Below, one piece after another: positions 11,434 through 25,983 of a stretch of DNA of 64,000 nt (positions are counted from its first letter, which is position 1; each line of letters starts with the position of its first letter). The notes beneath the pieces are model-generated. The model had not been told where the DNA came from and ran no database searches. It saw only the letters and a list, made by a program, of their open reading frames with translations. The DNA comes from Eledone cirrhosa (lineage: Eukaryota), in assembly GCA_964016885.1 (NCBI GenBank), contig OZ024762.1:24056001-24120000 (forward strand), written 5' to 3'. A program made the position numbers and the translations under genes.

Positions 11434-12285
11434 CTAGCTGGCCCGTCCGACTGGCGCACGGCTAGGTTTACCGACATTTTATCTTTTCAGGAATCCCCCT
11501 GCACTCTAGTGCAAAGATACCGCACACCCTTTCAAGTCAGCAAGTGGTTGTTCCACATTGCGAGAGGGTCGGCGAGATCGCAGTTGTGCAGCATAATAGC
11601 AAAAGGTTTTCGCAACTGAGAAGGGACTTTAGCAGTTGCTGCTTCTTGGAGGGTGAGGTACCAATGGCTGTCATCATGTAGCATACCACGCATCTGGCAA
11701 GCCAAACGGTAAGTGGAACATTGATGGCCATTGATGGTTCTCAGATCTTGGAAAGACTGTGGTCCTCTAACCTTGAACAGTAACAATGACGATAAGCCGT
11801 CTGTGCTTTCGTGAAATAAATAGGTTTTTGTTTTTGTGTATGCAAAAATATCTGTACACGAATATATATATTAAAATAACAGATTAAAGTTTAAGCAAAG
11901 AATCGCTGCTTTCACCCTTAATGGGATCTTCTGAAACTAAAAAAATTCGTCTGTGAACGCAGAAGTAAATATTTCGAAAAACGTTATCTAATGCAAACAG
12001 CCAGACATACAGACTCAGAAAAAGAGGGGAATGTTGTGTGACGTCATAAGAAAAAGTGAGGAATGTTGTATAACCGGAAGTGTTGACATTTGAAATTTTA
12101 AAGAAGTGAATATTTAAATAATGTCTTTAATCTTTTAACAAAATTCAGTAGACAAAAATAGCCTCACTTTTTTACTTGGAAAAAGTTACATCTATGGTGC
12201 AAATTTGGTGCTGTTTGGTCCAGCCGTTTGGCAGAAAGTTTGTTACCTACATACGGCCGTCAGCTTTATAGTATATATATATATA
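11434..12285 (-). mobile_element. Non-autonomous Helitron carrying a RepHel coding fragment
   Basis: ORF 11532-11786 VRGPQSFQDLRTING..YRLACQMRGMLHDD..W..L.EA...PSQLR..FA.ML..C....P...W resembles the Rep-to-helicase linker of Helitrons. A 3' hairpin and CTAG lie at 11434-11463. Confidence 0.85.
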
Positions 12286-12469
12286 TCATCTGAGTAGTGC
12301 TTTCTTATTGCCATCCATCTTCCAAAGGTGGACCCTGTCCAAACATCTAAATAACTCCCTCCCATATTTTCTCAACATCAAACTTATAACTTTCATTTTT
12401 ATCTTATCCTGTTTCTCTTTTATTAGGATTGATATTTCATTTGTTGTTTTTTGTTGCCTTCTATTGTTC

Positions 12470-12748
12470 AGTGTGTGTGTGTGTATGAATGTATGTATGT
12501 GTGTATGTATGTATGTGTGTGCGTATGTGCATCTGTGTTTGTGCATCTGTGTGTGCGTGTGTGTATACATCTGTCTGTCTCTGTGTGTGTACATGCATGT
12601 ATGTATGTATGTGTGTGTGTGTGTATTTATGCATCTGTCCCTGTGTGTGTATGTAAGCATCTGTTCATGTGTGTATGTATGCATACATCTGTGTGTGTGA
12701 GTGTGTGTGTAAATCTAATACAATGTTTTCTTGTTACCTACGCTAGTT

Positions 12749-12795
<47 letters not shown>

Positions 12796-12901
12796 CATTT
12801 CTGCATCTGTATGTCCGAGTGTGTGTGATTGTGTGTGCGTGTGTGTGTGCATTTTTGCATCTGTATGTATCTGTTTGTCTGAGTGTGTATATATGTGTGT
12901 A

Positions 12902-12934
<33 letters not shown>

Positions 12935-13168
12935 GTGTGTGTGTGTATATATGTGTGTGTGTGTGTGTGTATATATATATGTGTGTGTGTGTGTAGATCT
13001 ACCTAGCTTCACTATCACAAGATAATATGAGAGATAGATGAAGGATTGAAATAAAAAGTAACTTCTATCTAATATTGGAACTTAAACAAATAACAACCAT
13101 TCACTATCTCTGAAGGAATTTAAGGTGGGGCTCCCGTATGGTGTGTCTTCCTCTGACTGTACCTACCT

Positions 13169-13221
<53 letters not shown>

Positions 13222-13387
13222 TGGATGTGTGGATGTGTGTGTGTCTGGATGTGTGTGTGTGTGTGTTCCCGTTTGTGATGTGTGTTTGTGTTCCTGTTTG
13301 TGGTGTGTGTCTGTTTTTGTCTGTATATGTGTGTGTGTGAATCTGTGTGTTCCTGTTTGTGGTGTGTGTGTGTCTGTTTTTGTCTGC

Positions 13388-13435
<48 letters not shown>

Positions 13436-13750
13436 ATGTATGTGTGTTCCTGTTTGTGGTGTGTGTGTGTCTGTTTTTGTCTGCATGTGTGTGTATATGT
13501 GTGTGTGTGTGCATGTATGTGTGTTCCTGTTTGTGGTGTGTGTGTGTGTCTGTTTTTGTCTGCATATGTGTGTATGTGTATGTGTGTGTATGTGTGTGTG
13601 TGTGCATGTATGTGTTCCTGTTTGTGGTGTGTGTATGTCTGTTTTTGTCTGCATATGTGTGTATGTGTGTGTGTGTGTATGTGTGTGTGTGTGTGCATGT
13701 ATGTGTGTTCCTGTTTATGGTGTGTGTGTGTCTGTTTTTGTCTGCGTATA

Positions 13751-13782
<32 letters not shown>

Positions 13783-13942
13783 CATGCATGTGTGTGTGTG
13801 CATGTATGTGTGTGCATGTATGTGTGTTCCTGTTTGTGGTGTGTGTGTGTCTGTTTTTGTCTGCATATGTGTGTATATGTGTGTATGTGTATGTGTGTGT
13901 GTGTGTGTGTGTTCCTGTTTGTGGTGTGTGTGTGTCTGCATA

Positions 13943-13977
<35 letters not shown>

Positions 13978-14089
13978 CTGTTTTTGTCTGCATATGTGTG
14001 TATGTGTGTGTGTGTGTGTGTATGTGTGTGTGTGTGTGCATGTATGTGTTCCTGTTTGTGGTGTGTGTGTGTCTGTTTTTGTCTGCATA

Positions 14090-14135
<46 letters not shown>

Positions 14136-14476
14136 TGTGTGTGTGCATGTATGTGTTCCTGTTTATGGTGTGTGTGTGTCTGTTTTTGTCTGCATATGTG
14201 TGTATATGTGTATGTGTGTGCGTGTGTGTGCATGTATATGTGTTCCTGTTTGTGGTGTGTATGTCTGTTTTTGTCTGCATATGTGTGTGTGTGTGTGTGT
14301 GTGTGCATGTATGTGTGTTCCTGTTTATGGTGTGTGTGTGTCTGTTTTTGTCTGCGTATATGTGTGTATATGTGTGTGTGTGTGTGTGCATGCATGTGTG
14401 TGTGTTCATGTATGTGTGTGCATGTATGTGTGTTCCTGTTTGTGGTGTGTGTGTGTCTGTTTTTGTCTGCATCTGT

Positions 14477-14507
<31 letters not shown>

Positions 14508-14660
14508 CATGTATGTGTGTTCCTGTTTGTGGTGTGTGTGTGTCTGTTTTTGTCTGCATATGTGTGTATATGTGTGTATGTGTATATGTGTGTGTGTGTG
14601 TGTATGTATGGTGGAGAGCTGTATGTGTGTGTCTGTATATGCATGTGTGTGTCTGTCTGT
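12470..14660. repeat. (GT)n field with a compound minisatellite (gttcctgtttgtggtg...tctgtttttgtctgcat) at ~13290-14570
   Basis: More than a dozen conserved cores separated by variable-length GT tracts. Confidence 0.92.
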
Positions 14661-14664
14661 GGTG

Positions 14665-14912
14665 GGCCAGTGCTTATCTCTGTTTTATGGTGTGAAGCAA
14701 CTGAGAGTACAAGACTTCCCCCTGGACAGGTCGCCAGTCCATCGCAGGGTTAAACCCCCAGCTATTGCTGGTACTCATTTTCAGCTGAGTATACTGGAGC
14801 AACTTGAAATGAAGTGTTTTGCTCAAGAACACAACACGCAACCCAACCCAGGAATCGCACCCACAACATTATGATTGTAAGTCCAACACCCTTACCACTC
14901 TGCCATGTGGCC
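14665..14912 (-). mobile_element. tRNA-derived CORE-like SINE, tail variant with a V-SINE-like segment
   Basis: The minus strand has a tRNA head, gttcttgagcaaaacacttcatttca, then ccctgcgatggactggcgacctgtccaggg. Confidence 0.7.
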
Positions 14913-15004
14913 CCATAATATAATAGAGAGGGTTATAATATTTAGAAAGAGAGGGGTTTATAAACGAACCCAGGAATCAAACCCACAACATTATGATCGT
15001 AAGT

Positions 15005-15190
15005 AGGGCGGTGGATTGGCAGTATCGGTAGAGGGTCGGACGCCATGCTTTCCAACATAGTTACGTCCCTTTACGATCTGAGTTCAAATCCCGCCGAGGT
15101 TGACTTTGCCTTTCATCCTTACGGGGTCGATAAAATAAAGTACCAATAATGCACTGGGTAATTGCTGGCCTTGTGCCTAAAGTAGAAACA
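15005..15190 (+). mobile_element. Full-length SINE-B with a 15-bp TSD
   Basis: TSD attatgatcgtaagt at 14990-15004 and 15191-15205. A box tggcagtatcgg and B box gttcaaatcc. Confidence 0.93.
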
Positions 15191-15329
15191 ATTATGATCG
15201 TAAGTCCAAAACCCTTACCACTAGGCCACGTGCCTCCACTATACTCGAATATGTGACCAAAAAAGATCTATGGTGAAATGAGGACGAGGGTGGCAGCTTA
15301 TATATGCCATCTTAACAATGTGTTAATTC

Positions 15330-15470
15330 GCTGCCTCGGCTTATAAATAGGATTTTTGCCTATTTCTCTGACATAAAATAGGAAGGGTCAGCTTATATTT
15401 GGGCTGGTTTATATTCAAGTATTTACAGTACATCTCAAATGATATCTAATTTTTTTAAACACCCTGTATA
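15330..15470. mobile_element. Tc1/mariner-pogo type MITE ends
   Basis: cggcttata...cttatatt...tatattcaagtatttacagTA (Tigger-like end) and aaacaccctgTA. Confidence 0.45.
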
Positions 15471-16138
15471 TCATCATCATCATTTAACGTCCATCCTCCA
15501 CACTAGCATGGGTTAGATGGGAATTGTCCCACTTGAGGCAAGATTGGTTGGGTGGCGTGTCTCGCTCGTATAGGACTATATTTCACAGGTTTTCTATGGC
15601 TGGATGCCCTTCCTAACAACAACCACATTTACAGTGTGGACTGGGAACTTTTTACTGTGTTACCTACACGACCACTTTACATGGTGGACTGTGTGTTTTT
15701 TTGTCGTGACACCTACACAGCCACTTTACAGTGTGGACTGGGTGCTTTTCATCGTGACACCTACATGACCACTTTAGTGTGGAGTGGGTGCTTTTTGTTG
15801 TGACACCTACACAACCACTTTACAGTGTGGACTGGGTGCTTTTTGTCGTGACACCTACATAACCTCTTTAGTTTGGACTGGGTGTTTTTTGTTGTGATGC
15901 CTACACGACCTCTTTAGTGTGGACTGGGTGCTTTTTGTCGTGACACCTACACGACTACTTTAGTGTGGACTGGATGTTCTGTGGTACCAACATAACTTTA
16001 CATAGAAAGGGTGGTGTGGGAGGATGGAGTAGTGTGGGGTAGTGGGTTGGGGTGTATATTTGGTTAAGAGGTGCCTACTGACTGTAGGTTTAACTTTGTA
16101 TGTCAAGAAAGGCGGGTCTTCTGTATTACTGCGTAATA
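15471..16138 (-). mobile_element. RTE LINE 3' end with a ~47-bp UTR unit expanded in tandem
   Basis: (CAT)n tail at 15471. Homologous to 940-1339. About six copies of gtgtggactgggtgctttttgtcgtgacacctacac at 15675-15975. Confidence 0.88.
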
Positions 16139-16550
16139 TATAGGGAATACAAACAGTGCTCACTACACAAAAAGGAGTTACATTGGATATTCAAGTGTCT
16201 TTTGTGGTTATGGAAACGGAAAAGCAAGGGAAAGACAAGGGCTCTAGGGTCACAGAAGAATGGGGAGGGGTGAGGGGTCTAGGGCACGGTGGTATTGAGG
16301 CCGAGCCCCATGACAAGACTGCAAAAACATTCCCGCGGACAATGGCCAGTGACACCTGCTGCAACAGCCATCCCACAACCAGGCTTTCAGATATTTCTAG
16401 GGATCCTACTCTGGTACTTCAATCTTACGGGGCTAATTTCAGGGTTGGCGATGGGTATCAGAATTGGTTAAGTCTGCCACACAATTACAATATACCATAT
16501 TTCCAGGCACCGAACATGCTTTTTTTGACAACCAAAAATTTGAAAAAAAA

Positions 16551-16938
16551 TAATAATTGTTTCTACTTTAGGCACAAGGCCAGCAATTACCCAGTGCATT
16601 ACTGGTACTTTGTTTTATCGACCCCGTAAGGATGAATGGCAAAGTTAACCGGCGGGATTTGAACTCAGAATGGCAAGGGCCGTAACTCTATGCGTCAAAG
16701 CATGGCGTCCGTCCCTCTACCGATTCTGCCAATCTACCGCCCTCAAAAAAAAAAATAATTGTTTCTACTTTAGGCACAAGGCCAGCAATTACCCAGTGCA
16801 TTACTGGTACTTTGTTCTATCGATCCCGTAAGGATGAATGGCAAAGTTAACCTCGGCGGGATTTGAACTCAGAATAGCAAGGGCCGTAACTCTATACGTC
16901 AAAGCATGGCGTCCGACCCTCTACCGATACTGCCAATT
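16551..16938 (-). mobile_element. Head-to-tail pair of SINE-B copies
   Basis: Two near-identical units at 16551-16743 and 16752-16938. Confidence 0.9.
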
Positions 16939-17039
16939 AATAATAATAAACAACCGTTGGCCTCCAGGATGCAGGGTAGATTTTTGAGACTTATTTTATG
17001 AAAATGTAGCATCTTCAACACCGGGAAATGCAGTAATTT

Positions 17040-17223
17040 CAACACTGTAAATGTGGCTGGTGTTAGGAAGGGAATCCAGCTGTAGAAACCCTGGCCAAAT
17101 TTACAGTCCTGTGAGATCAAGATATGGTGTGGCCAATCCTGGCTAAACTTGATTCTCGATGCAGACGACCTGTCTGACCCATGCAAGCATGGTAAAATGG
17201 ACGTTAAAGTGATGATGATGATG
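17040..17223 (+). mobile_element. RTE-type 3' UTR/tail fragment
   Basis: gtggctggtgttaggaagggaatccagc...catggtaaaatggacgttaaagtgatgatgatg. Confidence 0.8.
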
Positions 17224-17854
17224 TAGCTGATTCAGTTGAACAAACTTGGGAACACTGAATGTCGATAACTGAAAATCTATTTATGGTGAGTGTGGTGTGT
17301 GTGGTGTGTGTATGGTGTGTGTGTGTGGTGTGTGTGTGTGTATTGTGTGTGTGGTGTGTAACATTGTGTGTGTGTGGTGTGTAACTTTGTGTGTAGTATG
17401 GTGTGTGCGTGTGTTTAAGTTTTGGTGAATTGTGTGTGTGTGTAACTTTGTGTGTGGCGTGTGTGTATGTGTGTGTGTAACTTTGTGTGAGGTGGGTGTG
17501 TGTATGTGTGTGTGTAACTTTGTGTGGTGTGTGTGAGTTTCAGTGAATGTGTGTATGTGTAACTTGGTGTGTGTGTGTATAAATGTGTTTGAGTTTCTGT
17601 GTGTGAGCGTGTGTGAATATGTGTGAGACCATATGTGTGGCTGTATGTGAATATGTGTGTGTGACTATGTGTGGCTGTATGTGAATGTGTGTGTGTGTGT
17701 GTGTGAGTATATATGTGGTTGTGTGTAAGAGTATATGTGTGTGTGAGTGTGAGACTATATGTGTGTGTGTGTGAGTATACACACATATTTTGATAAACAA
17801 GGTATTCCAATATAGTTTTATCTTGTGATATTAATAATATCTGGGATAGGATCA

Positions 17855-19102
<1,248 letters not shown>

Positions 19103-19160
19103 AATAGTGCTACCTTGATTAAATCTTAACCATTTAACATCTCAGGGTATGTCATGTATC

Positions 19161-19213
19161 ATATTTTGTCTGATGAGGACGTACTGTTGTACCTCTGAAA
19201 TATAATAAAATGT
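19161..19213 (+). ncRNA. Minimal type I hammerhead-ribozyme-like motif in a Penelope-pLTR-like repeat (19105-19255)
   Basis: Stem I atattttgt/ataaaatgt (9 bp with wobbles), CTGATGA 19170-19176, stem II gtac-tgtt-gtac, GAAA 19197-19200. A homologous copy lies on the minus strand at 52330-52480. Confidence 0.5.
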
Positions 19214-19251
19214 AATTGATCAAAAGAACATCTATTTTATTAATACTTATA

Positions 19252-19415
<164 letters not shown>

Positions 19416-19463
19416 ATATATATATACACGCACACACACACACACCCAATCTACACACACATA

Positions 19464-19570
19464 TATAGGGTGTCCCCCCAAAAAATATATACACACTTCA
19501 ACAGCATTCTAATAAATATTGCCTGTGCAGGTAATAAAAGTGTGTATACATTTTTTGGGACACCCTGTGT
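19464..19570. mobile_element. ~105-bp Tc1/mariner-type MITE
   Basis: TIRs agggtgtccccccaaaaaatatatacacactt / aagtgtgtatacattttttgggacaccctg. A longer relative lies at 24874-25106. Confidence 0.8.
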
Positions 19571-19650
19571 GTGTGTGTGTATGATTGTGTGTGTGTGTGT
19601 GTGGCAAAAGTTATGGTACACACTAACACACATGCAGTCTACTGTGTGTT

Positions 19651-19696
<46 letters not shown>

Positions 19697-19697
19697 C

Positions 19698-19736
<39 letters not shown>

Positions 19737-19894
19737 GTGTGTGTGTGTGTGTGCTTGTGTAGCAAAAAGTATGGTGTATGCTAACACACATGCAGTCATA
19801 TTTGCGTGAGTGTATGTCTGTGTGTGTATGTGTGTGTATATATATGTGTGTGTATGTATGTATATATATATGTGTGTGTGTATGTGTGTATGTG

Positions 19895-19968
19895 TGTGTG
19901 AATACATAAATATACATAGGAATGCATCTATAGTCATATATATAGATTTGGGACACCCTGTGTGTGTG

Positions 19969-20007
<39 letters not shown>

Positions 20008-20159
20008 AATATATAAATATACATAGGAATGCATCTATTGTCATATACATAGATTTGGGACACCCTGTGTGTGTGTGTGTGTATGTGTGTGTGTGTGTGT
20101 GAATATATAAATATATATAGGAATGCATCTATTGTCATATACATAGATTTGGGACACCC

Positions 20160-20213
<54 letters not shown>

Positions 20214-20415
20214 AATATATATGTATGTGTGTGTGTGAATATATAAATATATATAGGAATGCATCTATTGTCATATACATAGATTTGGGACACCCTGTGT
20301 GTGTGTGTGTGTATGTGTGTGTGTGTGTGTGTGTGTGAATATATATGTATGTGTGTGTGAATATATAAATATACATAGGAATGCATCTATAGTCATATAC
20401 ATAGATTTGGGACAC

Positions 20416-20456
<41 letters not shown>

Positions 20457-20729
20457 GTGTATGTGTGTATGTGTGTGTGTGTGTGTGTGTGACTATATAA
20501 ATATACATAGGAATGCATCTGTAGTCATATACATACATTTGGGACACCCTGTGTGTGTATGTGTGTGTGTGTATATATATATATATATGTGTGTGTGTGT
20601 ATATATATATATATGTGTGTGTGTGTGTATATATATATGTGTGTGTGTGAATATATAAATATACATAGGAATGCATCTGTAGTCATATACATACATTTGG
20701 GACACCCTGTGTGTGTATGTGTGTGTGTG

Positions 20730-20790
<61 letters not shown>

Positions 20791-20860
20791 ATATATATAT
20801 GTGTGTGTGTGAATATATAAATATACATAGGAATGCATCTGTAGTCATATACATAGATTT
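19895..20860. repeat. Compound tandem array, about 8 units, each ending in the MITE terminus tttgggacaccctg plus a variable (GT)n tract
   Basis: Core gaatatataaatatacataggaatgcatctattgtcatatacatagatttgggacaccctg. Confidence 0.92.
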
Positions 20861-20963
20861 ATATCTCTGCCTTATGTATGTGCCTTTGTGTGTATTTCTA
20901 TATATAGATAGACATATCAAACCCATGTAAGTATAGAATAGTGGATGTAGTAGGATGGGGAGG

Positions 20964-21430
20964 GTGGTGGTGGTGGTGGTGGTGGTGGTGGTGGTGGTGT
21001 TGGTATTGATGATGATGGTGGTGGTGGTGGTGATGATGATGATGGTGGTTGTGGTGGTGTTGGTGTTGATGATGGTGGTGGTGGTGGTGGTATTGATGAT
21101 GATGGTGGTGGTTGTGGTGGTGGTGGTGATGATGATGATGATGGTGGTGGTGGTGTTGGTATTGATGATGATGGTGGTGGTGGCGGTGGCAATATTGATG
21201 ATTAAGATGTCTGTGTGTATGTCTGTGTGTGTGTATGTTTGTGTGTGCGTATGTTTGTGTGTGCGTATGTTTGTGTGTGTATGTATGTGTGTATGTACAT
21301 ATGTGTATGTATATGTGTATGTATGTATGTGTATGTATGTGTGTATGTGTGTATGTATATGTGTGTGTGTATGTATGTGTGTATGTGTATGTGTGTGTGT
21401 ATGTATATGAGTGTATATGTGTGTGTAGAT
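20964..21430. repeat. (GGT/GAT)n followed by (GT/GTAT)n simple repeats
   Basis: Direct inspection. Confidence 0.95.
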
Positions 21431-21741
21431 ATTTATAAAGACCAGTGATTAACCATCTTGTTACCATGCTGCTAATATAAAATACTGTGTAATGCTTTTA
21501 GAAAATAATCAATTATTTGGAAGGATTAACAATATATCTCTCTTTCTCATTATTTATCTGGTGTTTGGATCATAACTTAACAAAGGTTTTTGCATAAAAT
21601 TATGGTGGAAAGTTTTTAGATTAACATAAATATTAATAATTGCTATTACTTTTGGCACAAGGCCAGCAATTATCCCAGTGTATTACTGGTACTTTATTTT
21701 ATCGACCCCGTAAAGATGAAAGGTGAAGTTAACCTTTCATG

Positions 21742-22801
21742 AATAATAATAATAAAAATGATTGTGTACAGTGCTCAGGTGCACTACAACTCATCAAAGG
21801 TGCATGTATAGTACATAGAATAATGTACAAATGTCAGGAAAGTGAACAGTGTATGAGTCATGATATACACACAGATACATGCGTGTGTGTGTATAGAAGC
21901 GGAATATCAAGTGTAGTGTTGGCGTATATCAGGAAGCATGGAAGTTTTGAACGATGCAGTGTCCTGACAGGTAACAACTGATGAAGGTAGTTTGTTCCAT
22001 GCTTCAGCAACTCTGAGCATGAAAAAGTTTTTCAGAAAGTCATGGGAGCTGTGCTGTTTTCTGACTTTGTAGTCATGCCCACGGGTGTTAGACACGTGAA
22101 ATTCAAAAAGGTGCTCAGGGTTGTTGTTGGGAAAATGTTAATAATTTGGTGGGTGTCTTCCAAGTCAGTTGCCATACATTAATGTATCCATGCCTAGGGA
22201 AGCAAAGCGTTTGTGCAACAGGTGGCCCGCGGGCCACAACCCGGCCCACCAGACCAGTCAGAGTGGCCCGCGATGACCGTTTTTAATTTTTACCTTGTAG
22301 GCTTATTTAGAATTTTTTCATAACTGTATTACAATTTTCTGTTAGTTGACCTATACTAAAGGGCTTCACTGGTAGGGTTGTATGTGTTATAATTTCCCAG
22401 TTGACCTATACTAAAGGGCTTCACTGATGGGGTTGTATGTGTTATAATTTCCCAGTTGACCTATACTAAAGGGCTTCACTGGTAGGGTTGTATGTGTTAT
22501 AATTTCCCAGTTGACCTATGCTAAAGGGCTTCACTGATGGGGTTGTATGTGTCATAATTTCCCAGTTGACCTATACTAAAGGGCTTCACTGATGGGGTTG
22601 TATGTGTCATAATTTCCCAGTTGACCTATACTAAAGGGCTTCACTGATTGGGTTATAATTTCCCAGTTCCATGTTATGGAGAGAAGTTGTGGTGAATCTT
22701 TGGAATGGCCCTAATAGTTGTTCCAATGTTCAAAAGTGGGCCGCCCATGGAATATGTTGCACACCCCTGGTTTAGAGTATGGTAGATGCCTGATGGAGGG
22801 T
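21742..22801 (-). mobile_element. CR1-clade LINE 3' fragment interrupted by a MITE
   Basis: ORF 21907-22095 NTRGHDYKVRKQH...FFMLRVAEAWNKLP. Collinear with 49851-50335, with an (ATT)n tail. Confidence 0.9.
22212..22769. mobile_element. hAT (Charlie-like) MITE with an internal 55-bp tandem array of about 5.5 copies
   Basis: Right TIR gttgcacacccctg followed by gtttagag. Left end tgtgcaac..tggcccgcgggcc with the outer bases deleted. CR1 sequence resumes on both sides. Confidence 0.75.
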
Positions 22802-22907
22802 AACTCACTTTGTTACAATATTTTTAATGAAAGACTTGTAAATAATTTTGAAAATAATAAGAAAGGGATTTAGCAATATATCTATCTTTCTCATTATCAA
22901 GTGGGTG

Positions 22908-23130
22908 TAAGGACGGTGGATTGGCAGTATCGGTAGAGGGAAGGACACCATGCTTTGCAGCATCGAGTTACGGCCCTTTACAGTCTGAGTTCAAATCCCA
23001 CCGAGGTTACCTTTGCCTTTCATCATTACGAGGTCAATAAAATAAAGCACCAGTAATGTACTGGGGTTAATTTAATTGACTTTCCCCTTCCTCCAAATTA
23101 CTGGCCTTGTGCCTATATAAGAAACCATTA
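22908..23130 (+). mobile_element. SINE-B, older copy
   Basis: ggtggattggcagtatcggtagagg...ctggccttgtgcct. Confidence 0.88.
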
Positions 23131-23337
23131 TTAAGTGGGTGTTTGGAATGTAACTTAACAAAGGTTCATGCCTAAAGTTATGGTGGTAAATATTTTAGAT
23201 AAATATAAACACTTCAGGACTTTTCGTATTTCTTATGAAAGACACTAGTTATGATTTGTAAATAGTTTTGGAGATAGTAAAAGTAAAAAGATTTAAAGGG
23301 ATTTAATGATATAACTAACTTTTTCATTATTATGTAA

Positions 23338-23598
23338 GGGTTTAGAACATTGCTTAGGAAAGGTTCTTACATTAAATTACAATAGAAGAGTTTAGAACAT
23401 TGCTTAGGAAAGGTTCTTACATTAAATTACAATAGAAGGGTTTAGAACATTGCTTAGGAAAGGTTCTTACATTAAATTACAATAGAAGGGTTTAGAACAT
23501 TGCTTAGGAAAGGTTCTTACATTAAATTACAATAGAAGGGTTTAGAACATTGCTTAGGAAAGGTTCTTACATTAAATTACAATAGAAGGGTTTTAGAT
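23338..23598. repeat. 50-bp minisatellite, 5 near-identical copies
   Basis: Unit gggtttagaacattgcttaggaaaggttcttacattaaattacaatagaa. Confidence 0.95.
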
Positions 23599-24244
23599 AA
23601 ATATAAACACTTTAAAACAAACCATCATCACTATAAATACCACCACCACCACCATCACTAACACCACCACCATCACTAACACCACCACCATCACTAACAC
23701 CACCACTATCACTGACACCATCACCAACACCTTCACCACCACCACCTACACCACCAGTGCTACCACCAACGCCACCATCATTACCACCATCACCACCACC
23801 ACTACCATCACCACCAGTGCCACCACCAACGCCACCATCATTACCACCATCACCACCACCACTACCATCACCACCAGTGCCACCATTATTACCACCATCA
23901 CCACCACCACTACCATCACCACAACTTTACTACCATAACTACCACAATCCACCACCACCACCACTACTACCACCACCATCATCATCACCACTACCATCAC
24001 CAACACCACCCCCACTACATACCCCCCTCCCCACACACACACACCCCGCGCGCCACACTATCTGCTGTCTGCCCATCAATACAACAGCTGGTGTGTCTAA
24101 TAGTTTTTATAGTTCCTGCAGTCATGGCTGTTTGAAATTTGGACATGGTGTTTATTTGTGAATATATCATCATCATCATCATCATCGTGTATGCATATAT
24201 ATGTATGTAAATATATATGTATGTATATATATGTGTGTGTGTAT

Positions 24245-24860
24245 TGCCCACTGCAGGTGTGTTACACTGTTGTTGAAAAGAGCATACAGGAGGTCAAAAC
24301 ATGTATGTCGGAGGTTTGGTTTAAAAAACTCTTCCTTAACCATCTGATGACCTTTAGACACTCTGATAAGCGATTGTCCATAAAGTTGGCAAGCCATGTA
24401 TGGTCACTCAAGGATGCAGGCATTCAGTGGAAAGTTCTAGCCAAAATTCCAGGCCATACTGAAATGGAGCAGTGTCCTGTAAGCTGTGTAATGATTTTTT
24501 TTTAATCACTGTCCACATGCTATGAAGTATTAGTTATGTTTCTGGAAAGACCCAGGAAAACCTTAGGTCTAACCCCGGAATGAACTAACTCAAACGAAAA
24601 GTGTCTTTCCTGAAGCAGTCTAATTTGAGTTGTCTCACTTGTCACCAAACTACCGTCATTTGCCATGCAGAATCCAGTCAGCTCGTATATACTTACATTC
24701 TCACTGTAGCCATACATGAGTTGAAAATCTGTCCGATGAAACGTGCCTCCTTGAGTATGGTTTGCTAATTTGTTGTGGGACTAACTCTATACTGAACTTG
24801 TCCTTGGACTAAGGGCTCTACTTACTACAGATATAACCTCCCATTTTTTCACCACTATAT
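24245..24860 (+). mobile_element. Degraded Penelope-like element (GIY-YIG endonuclease remnant and 3' region)
   Basis: Translation SEVWFKKLFLNHLMTFRHSDKRLSIKLASHVWSLKDAGIQWKVLAK matches the FKxRxxNHxxSF...LSxHxWxLK...WxIL pattern of PLE GIY-YIG domains. Confidence 0.75.
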
Positions 24861-24873
24861 ATCTATACACATA

Positions 24874-25101
24874 CACAGGAAGTCCCCCAAAAAATGTATA
24901 CACACTTCAACAGCAAAAAATAAAAAAAACATTAAAATAAATTCTGTTTTATATGCATTTTTAAAATTATGTAAACATTTTTGGGTGTTTACATACAATT
25001 GAATTGTCTGTAGATCATTTTATTTTGGGAAAGGCTGTGTATTGTAGTAAATATTGCCTGTACAGGTAATCAAAGTATGTATGCATTTTTGGGGGGACAC
25101 C

Positions 25102-25106
<5 letters not shown>
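24874..25106. mobile_element. Tc1/mariner-type MITE
   Basis: Ends cagga.gtcccccaaaaaatgtatacacactt and ttttggggggacaccctgTA. Shares internal sequence with 19464-19570. Confidence 0.75.
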
Positions 25107-25145
<39 letters not shown>

Positions 25146-25400
25146 ATACTTTGGGCGGGTCATGCTACCAATAAAAACACATGCACCTTGGTTTTCACTT
25201 CAATTTATTATAAATTTCTGGTTTGTTGGTTTGGTAACCGGATGCTTGTTTATATATTGGCAAAGCTCTTTTGTCACACATTCTGTGACCTCCTCAGTGA
25301 CTGGGTTTTTATTTTGTATCTCTCCTTTGTTCTGATCTAAACCATCTTGCTTTTGTGTGATGTATATAGGTGTGTTGTATATATATATATATATATATAT

Positions 25401-25500
25401 ATAACGAAGGAGGTGTGGTAAGGAACCAGATGGACCATAACGCACCAGAGTACTCAATACTTAGAGAAGTAGAGTGGGTAATAGGAAAATGTTTAACCCC
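25401..25500. mobile_element. Truncated copy of the hairpin-capped H1 repeat (another at 26061-26186)
   Basis: ataacgaagg...ggtaaggaaccagatggaccataacgcaccagagtactcaatac, flanked by (TA)n. Confidence 0.75.
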
Positions 25501-25935
25501 TATATATATATTAGAGTGGGTGTTTAAAATACTATTCTATTCAGAATGTTAATATATTAACTGAATCAGCACTCAATACATGCAAAATCAGTGTAAATAT
25601 TATTTTCTATGGGGAAAAGTGGCAGTGATTTTCACCTCCCCATTATTTTTGGTAGGGCATCCCTGATGTAACAGGTTTGACCTATCTCAAATAATTTCCT
25701 GCTTGACCTCTGGAGCCACCTTGTTATGTCAAATATATTTTTGGCATAGATTGCAAAATTGATATTTAACTGTCAATAATGTTTACTTTTCTATATAATG
25801 TATTTGATAATGGACATCTGTTTGTCTGTGTGAGTATGTGTGTGTATGTGTGTGTATGTGTGAGTATGTGTGTGTGTGTGGGGGGGTATATCTATCTATC
25901 TGTGTGTGCATATGTATATATATAATATATGAATG

Positions 25936-25983
<48 letters not shown>

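Noticed and set aside
16156-16629. 157-aa ORF in apparently unique DNA
   Set aside because: No recognisable motif, it runs into an antisense SINE, and there are no convincing splice signals
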